From the NCBI GenBank assembly GCA_905331295.1, contig CAJNYD010000050.1, positions 1 to 64,000 of the forward strand: 64,000 nucleotides of DNA, written 5' to 3'. The notes beneath the pieces are model-generated. The model was not told the origin of the DNA, made no database searches, and worked only from the letters and a program-made list of their open reading frames with translations. Shown piece after piece: positions 57,101 to 64,000 of this stretch; positions within the stretch are counted from its first letter, which is position 1; each line of letters starts with the position of its first letter. The translations under genes were made by a program, and so were the position numbers. Origin of the DNA: Rotaria socialis (lineage: Eukaryota).

Positions 57101-60100
57101 TAGATGTTTTTCAGAGAACTTCTATCAAAAAGTGGTCATGTGTCAAGTAAATGAAATGAAATTATTTGTTTTGATCGAGAATTGTTAAAAACAGAAAATA
57201 ATCGTTACCGAGTATGATAAGTTTTTTTGGATAGATCATAAACCCAACATGCGCACGTATATTATCGATAGTAACGATAATTGATGGATGTTCTGAATTA
57301 TAGCAAAGACGTTTTGCTTTCGAATATTTTTCTGGGCGATATCGTGGTGGTTGACAAATAATTTTATCGGCTTGAAGGTGAATAACAGTACATAGATCAC
57401 AACCAATTTGTACAACAATATGATTTTTTGTGTGTCCCACAGAAGTAAGATTTATGCCTTGAATCGTTAGTTCACTTGCATATGGTTGTAACATAGGTTC
57501 AAGTTCATAAATCATTGGATCATCAATATAAATCAAAGATGATGTTTTATTAAAATTATCTAAATAGATTTTTATTTCAACTTTTTGTTGTTCATATAAG
57601 TTTAATTCTTCAATTGATGGTGTTAAAAATACTAGATGCGTATTATTTTGATATAAAGGTGAAACAAATATGAATTGTCTAAATTCTAATTGAATATTTT
57701 GTACGATATGAAAATTTTCACCAAGAACTATCACTTCATGACCACCACTGACAAAACTTCTATATTGACTATTTTTATCAAATCCATATAGAATTGGATT
57801 TGGAACAATAGTAAACATATATTTATATATTAACTTTGTTTGTCGATCAAACAAAATGTTGATTGTTTGATTTTCATTTAACATCGAACGAGGAAATGAT
57901 CTTGTTTCACATTCGATTTTCTTCGATGATATTGATAGTAATTGACATGAACGATTTCCAATAAAGACTGATAGATGACTATTGCCAATAATAAAATTTT
58001 CGCCAGAAATTGTTAAAACTGTACCACCACTTTGAATACCGATGAGTGGCTCAATGGAATTTATCTTTGGATTAATGTAAGAAATCGTTTCATGAGAAGA
58101 AATTTGTGGACCATGAAGACCAAACTTTAAACGAACCATACCGGCACGAAACGTTGATCCAGCATCACCTGATTGACATACGATTCTTAACATAAGAAAT
58201 AAAATTAGAATGAGCTAATGACTTCACAATAGGATAGGTCTCTTCAAGATAACGATCAGGTCATAACCCAGCATTGAAAAGTTGAGCATAAGAAAAAAAG
58301 AATAAAGGTAAAGACTGTATGTAGAGGTGTCAACCGAAGGATTGAACGGCGGCGGCGGTGGCGGGCAACAATTTTCAATTTTTGAAGATTTCCATCGACT
58401 CTTTATTTGAATGAGTAATGTCTTCAGCGGCAGCGCCGGCTGATATTAGCAAGCTCTTATGTGACAGCTGCGGCTGAGTTAAAAATTCACTGATGAGAAT
58501 TAAAAGAAAAATATTCGATTCGATCGTATATGAATTGAAGTCAGCGGCGGCGGATGGCGCTATCAAAAATGTTTATCTCTTGCAGCGGGGCAACGGCTAA
58601 ATTTGTTTTTCGCATCGGCAGCTCTCCAAAATTTCTTAAAACTATCAGTAATTTGGTGGCTGCAGCGGCTGACACCTCTAAGTGTATGAATTATTATTTA
58701 CTATATAATGATTGATCTTGTGAGCAATATAATAGTTATCGCTATTTTTTACATTGAGTACAGCATACACTGTACGTAGTTAAAAATGAAATGCAATAAA
58801 AACTCTTCAACTCATAGTTTCAATATGTACAATAATTCGAACCTTAGTATTTACAAGAACTATCTGTGGATATCTAATTTCACTGATTTTCTCAATGTGT
58901 CTATTAAACTTACTTATTCGTCGAACTTTCTTGTTCAATCAATTGACAAGGTACATCTGCTATTTGAATCGATAAACCAAATAAATCAAAATATTTGCCT
59001 TTCATTGTCACTAATGTTCCACCATTCATTGGTAAAATTAATGGTTCAATGGTATGAATAATTGGCATTAAACATTCTGAATTAGTTGAACATGTTCGTG
59101 ATTGATTTTTAAACATACACATATTATTACACCAAGTGCATTCATACGATGGATCAAGTTGTAAGCATGATGTACAATTTAATGCCATATGTTCACAATG
59201 ATATAATGAAATAGGTGTGTGTGGTATCATAGATATGGTTTTATTTGAAAACTGAATTGATAGGTAAAGATTTAAAGGTCGATGAAATGATATTTGATTG
59301 AAATTTTTAGAATTCGACCATTGAAATGAACATATTAATAAACATAAATTATTTTCATTGACTGATCGAATTAATACTGGATTTGATTCAAACAATGAAA
59401 AACGTTTTCGATGATCATATAAATAACAAGAACTAATATTCACTGATTGATTGCATTGCTCAATATGAACAATAAATGTTTTATCAACATGATAAGCTAG
59501 ACGATTTCTAGATTGTTGTAAATATATAAATGGACATTGCTGAGAATTTATAGAAAGAGACTGATTATCTGATAATAGAAATCGATCATTTTGTTGAAAA
59601 ATACATTTAACTGTTTCGCGATTCCATAAACATAAATTTGAATATAATGCACATGATGAACATGACTTGACATTTGAACAATTTAAAAATATCAAACTAG
59701 ACGACCCGAATGTTACATTTCTTTTTACGTGTTCAATTGATAAAACAACATTATAAATAGCTAAAACGTATTTAGTATATGCTTAACAATCACACAACCA
59801 GAAACTATAACTAACCTTGATTGATATTGTTTAATACAGGTGGAAAACATTTCACTATATTATGATTAAGACTTGCATTTGTACGATACAATTGTTCACC
59901 ATTTTTAAAAGTAAATCGGCACATATATTCATCGGTATCACTTCGCAATGGAACATTGAACTTAACTTGTAACTAGAAATAATCAAAGGATGAGAAATAC
60001 AAAGCTCATGTGAAAAAATGTGCTTACTTCAATGTTCAATAAGTTCAATGAAATTGTTTGTGGAATAACTTGCTCAATATATGCACACATATTAATACGA

Positions 60101-62323
60101 TTGGTTCTCTGATTTTCATATTCACATTCAAATGTAGCTGTACATCTATTCGGACCAAAAATGATATGATATAATAACACGAAAAAGCCCAAGTTTTACC
60201 TGTTTTCTCTAGAACACCAATGACAACGTGGAATTGTTGAACATTCATTACATGTTGTATACTGTTCGCATGTACTTAAATTTTGTTTAATTATCTAAAT
60301 CAAGAATGAAGAGAAAATCTTATAGCGTCGCGTTCACAGATGCTTTTATACATAAAACTTATATAAAAATAGTAAAATAACTGAGCACTTAAATCATCGA
60401 ATTTTGTTTTGGAAAATTAAGTTATACAAGTTATTTTTCAGTTAAAAATTTATGTTTTCACTAGATTTTCAGTAGACGTCTTAGCAGAGTTTTTCTTTCA
60501 TAAATCGATAATAGAATGTATATTTGAATTCATATTAGATTTACAAAGACTTCTTAGTGAAACTCGTTAAAATTTACAAATGTCTTATCTTCACAAGTCT
60601 TCGGAATAGAATTATCATCATTTTAGTAAACTTTATACTAATGAATCCCTCGAGAATCCATACAAATCGGAATGATTCAATCGCTAGTAAATCGGAACGC
60701 TATTGTTATCAGTTTCATTAATCAAATGGTATTTTAAAATTATATGATGTGAAAAATACACTGGAGACTAATATTTAAGCAAAATTGCTTACCTGATTCT
60801 CAGTCAATACGATAAGTTTAGCATCTTTCAATGTTGGTATTGTATTAATTAATTTTAAATCAACGATTATCTTTGATTGAAAACTCTGTTTATAAGTTTC
60901 ATTTGTGTTCGATGTTTGAAACTAAGTAGAAAAGAAAACACAAAAAAATTTAACAAAAAAAATCAAAATAGTTTTACTGTATGTACGGTTCCATTATCAT
61001 CTCCAATAAGAATAATCGTATCTTTTTCATTTGAACCTATTTCAATAGCTGTAAAATTTACTCGATCATAGAGTTCGATAATCGGTTCGATTTGTTCTAT
61101 GGATCGATGGCCACCAATAGGATATTGAAAAAACCTATCATTTTCATCAGGACAATAGTCATGATTCATTTGATTTAAATTCTAAATAGAAATAAATATA
61201 TTACAATCTTGAAAAAAAACCTGTTTCTAAGTCAACTTACGTTGCTTGGTATACAATGTGTATCTGGACTAATGAAATCTAAACCCCGATGACCTTTTCC
61301 ATCAACAAGACAACGTTTTATTGTTTGAAAAAATGCTTCTTGTATAGTATCAATCGAATATGAACATATAGCATGCGATGTACTCGACGAATTAGCTGAT
61401 GTCGTATTACGAAATAAGCCATATAAAATCTTTTTTTCGTTTGAAAATTTTGCTCTAACTAAATAATGATAATCTTTTCCACATGTTAAAGGTAATTCAA
61501 CATAACTTTTAATAATTGGTTGTTTTAAAGTTTGGCAAAAGCGTAGAATTTTTGTCTGTAATTTATGTTTTCGTGTGTGATGAATATCTGATTGTTGAAT
61601 AGTTAAAAAGTATGAAAAATGTTTATATTCAAATGCATACAAATAATAAAGAAAAAAGTCTCTTATTAATCGTATATTTAGTAAACGTAATGTATACGTT
61701 GATTGCTGTAATGCCGATTGACCAGAATTTAAATTAATTATGGATAAAAAATCATTATCAACGAGATGACGACCGCTTATTGTTGGAATTTCGTAAAATG
61801 GATCACATACGGAATCATATGTATTTGATATGTATAATATTTGATTATTTTTATTAATTAAACCAACGGATGGAAGAAACGGAGATGATGAAACAACACG
61901 TTGAGAAGAATTTTTCATAAAATCAAGATTAATTAATGATCGTAATTGACATGAACGACCACGATTTGATGTTGAACATATTAATATTGTTCCATTATTC
62001 GTCAATAGAAGTAATTGATTAAATGTGTTATTTATTGATGGAGTTAAATATGATGATGTAGAAAAATAATAAAGAGATTTTGATAAAGAACTTTTATTCT
62101 TAATTGAACAATCTTGATCTATTTTTGATGACGATAATGATGTATCAATATCCGATAGAATTGATAGATTGCTTCCATTTAACGAATATATATGATTAAC
62201 AGATGCTAGAATAATAGTATCAGTTACATCATCATAAACGAAACGCTGTAATGAATTAGAGAATTGTAGGCTTATTGATATTGATAATTTAATTAGATAG
62301 AAAATAAGAATTAGAATTTTCAT
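54164..62323 (-). CDS. Plexin-like receptor (signal peptide, Sema, PSI, IPT/TIG repeats, TM, degenerate split GAP with RBD-like insert)
   Basis: Signal MKILILIFYLIKLSIS; Sema SYVELPLTC...HAICSYSI; PSI LYHCEHMALNCTSCLQLDPSYECTWC; IPT PKINSIEPLIGIQSGGTVLTISGENF; TM CLFTIVFIVLIIIMIVSL; cytoplasmic GPIDAI, LTCDTISQVKTKIL, LNTLQHYGI, LLFADEI. Terminal exons read GIDKKFELDD.. and IIEHL...MELT* (54164). Confidence 0.88.
58322..58680. mobile_element. hAT-type MITE (359 bp) in a plexin intron
   Basis: Perfect 11-bp TIR TAGAGGTGTCA / TGACACCTCTA. Flanks ACTGTATG / AGTGTATG (7 of 8 match, TSD). Internal GCGGCGGC repeats. Confidence 0.88.
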
Positions 62324-64000
62324 TATTGAATATATCAGACATACGATCTAAAGTAAAAAACAAAAAGAAGTAATTCATACTATTAGAATGTTGATACTGC
62401 TAGTTTGTATATCAGATGATATGTATAATCAAGCAAATGTGTGAAATGAATATCGAAAAAAAAACAATCAACTCTATTTTCATTCTCTCCCAGAAGATCA
62501 AACGTAGTACGTGGAAGACGAAGGTTATCGCATTCCTTGCTTTTTCACGGCCAAATTAATGAGCGGCAAACGTGTAGAAAATAAAACAAACGAGAAACAT
62601 AAACGAGTCATTCAAGAAAGAAAGAGAGAAAGAAAGACCTAAGATAATACTTTATAGCTATCTCTTTGTTGTTGTTACTCGCGTATAATATACATACGAT
62701 GGAACAGTATCAGTCGGTTAGAAACTAGGAGGTCAAGTCTAATTAGCTGAACGACACGATCGCACGATGAATAAAACAGACAGAAAAAATATGGTTTGCC
62801 TCTTTTATTAGACAAAGGGTAATAACAATTAACAAATAGAGGTGTCTCGACGCCTAATGTCATACGTGTCATCGGTAGTTAGTATCATTGGTAATATCTA
62901 TATAAACACATGATCGCTGACACATTATTATCGTTGTCTGCATCATATGAATATACGATGTTCTTTTGTTTAATTTTTTTTCTTCTTATCATGATAATTT
63001 TCTTTTCATACTTTTAGAGAGAAACTATTAAAAAGAAAAAAAAGATTCAATTGTAAGAGTCAACAAAGAAGTTATTCGGTTGGAATTAAGATGCTTTACT
63101 TACCATAACAATGAATATAGTATGACACACATGACTGAAGTGTTTAAAAAGAAAGAGAAAAGAAAAACAAAATCCGGAAAACAGGCTTATATTTGAGACA
63201 TGTCTCAATTACTCGGTGATGCACAGCTTTAAGTGATACTTACAAAACTAAGCACAATACCTGGGAATAAACAGATGACAGGAGGAAATCCGGCAATCTT
63301 TCGAGAAAGAAAGAAAGAGAGAGAGAGCGAGAACAAGTGTAACGATATAAACGAGAAAGACAATTGAATGTTCATTTTCAATGGGTAGACATTAAATGAC
63401 AAGAAAAAATGTCTAATCGATTTCTGTTTCGCATTGTTATTTTTACTGATGGATATTGTATGTATTAGACCTTCACGTACATACCCCATTATGATGACAT
63501 TTAAACAGCTAAGTTGAAAAGTCACATACGAACAAGGGTAGTGACTGTGAGATCTCTCACTTCATTTCTGACTCACATGCAAACAAGAAAATAAATCTAT
63601 CGAAATACATTGCATTGTTGAAAAGATTATTATGAAGTTACTGAAGAAGATAGTCTAGTTCATTGGCCAAGCAGTACTATTGATTCATAGGTCATCGCCA
63701 CTCTCATCTATTCTATAACTAACCGTCAATATTGCAATTATTCTATCTCTTGAACAACGAATGTCAATCAACTTGAGACAGAGAAGCAAAATGAAAAAGA
63801 AAACAAGAGAGAAGTCGGTTTGATGTCTTAAACTGTGTTTCACACATAAGTATGATAAAATCAAGCTGTCTGATGCGTTCACTGAGAATAAGTTGATTCC
63901 CCGATGGTAAAAAATTCAGACTGATGGTAGTGACGCAAAAGAGACAGAAGGCACATAACGTAATTTAAACAAGCAATTAGATTCGCTACACAACACACAT

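Overview
AT-rich eukaryotic (metazoan) genomic DNA with many short GT-AG introns (mostly ~50-70 nt). The style resembles a bdelloid rotifer (Rotaria/Adineta-like), but this is inferred from composition, intron size and gene content only. The first ~7.5 kb is a transposon graveyard: a palindrome-rich TIR element end, a decayed intron-containing ISL2EU/PIF-Harbinger-type transposase with a C-terminal SWIM finger, several MITEs and a MITE-interrupted membrane-protein ORF. It ends at an eEF1A gene cut off in domain II by a TE fragment. The rest is gene-dense. In order: PIG-P (missed by the ORF track), a MAGI scaffold lacking WW domains, a CFAP20DC-like C-terminal-motif protein, a divergent USP7-like deubiquitinase, an orphan type I membrane protein, an orphan two-exon gene, TFIIE-alpha, ataxin-2-like, hexokinase and a plexin whose GAP arginines appear lost. 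Two hAT-type MITEs with 8-bp TSDs are also present. I found no tRNA, rRNA, CRISPR or prokaryote-like system and no single clearly new multi-gene system. The best leads are the truncated eEF1A, the apparently GAP-dead plexin, the WW-less MAGI, the transposase/membrane-ORF head-to-head pair and a GT-GG intron in USP7. Exon boundaries were read by eye. Two single N positions (3229, 55540) mark assembly joins.
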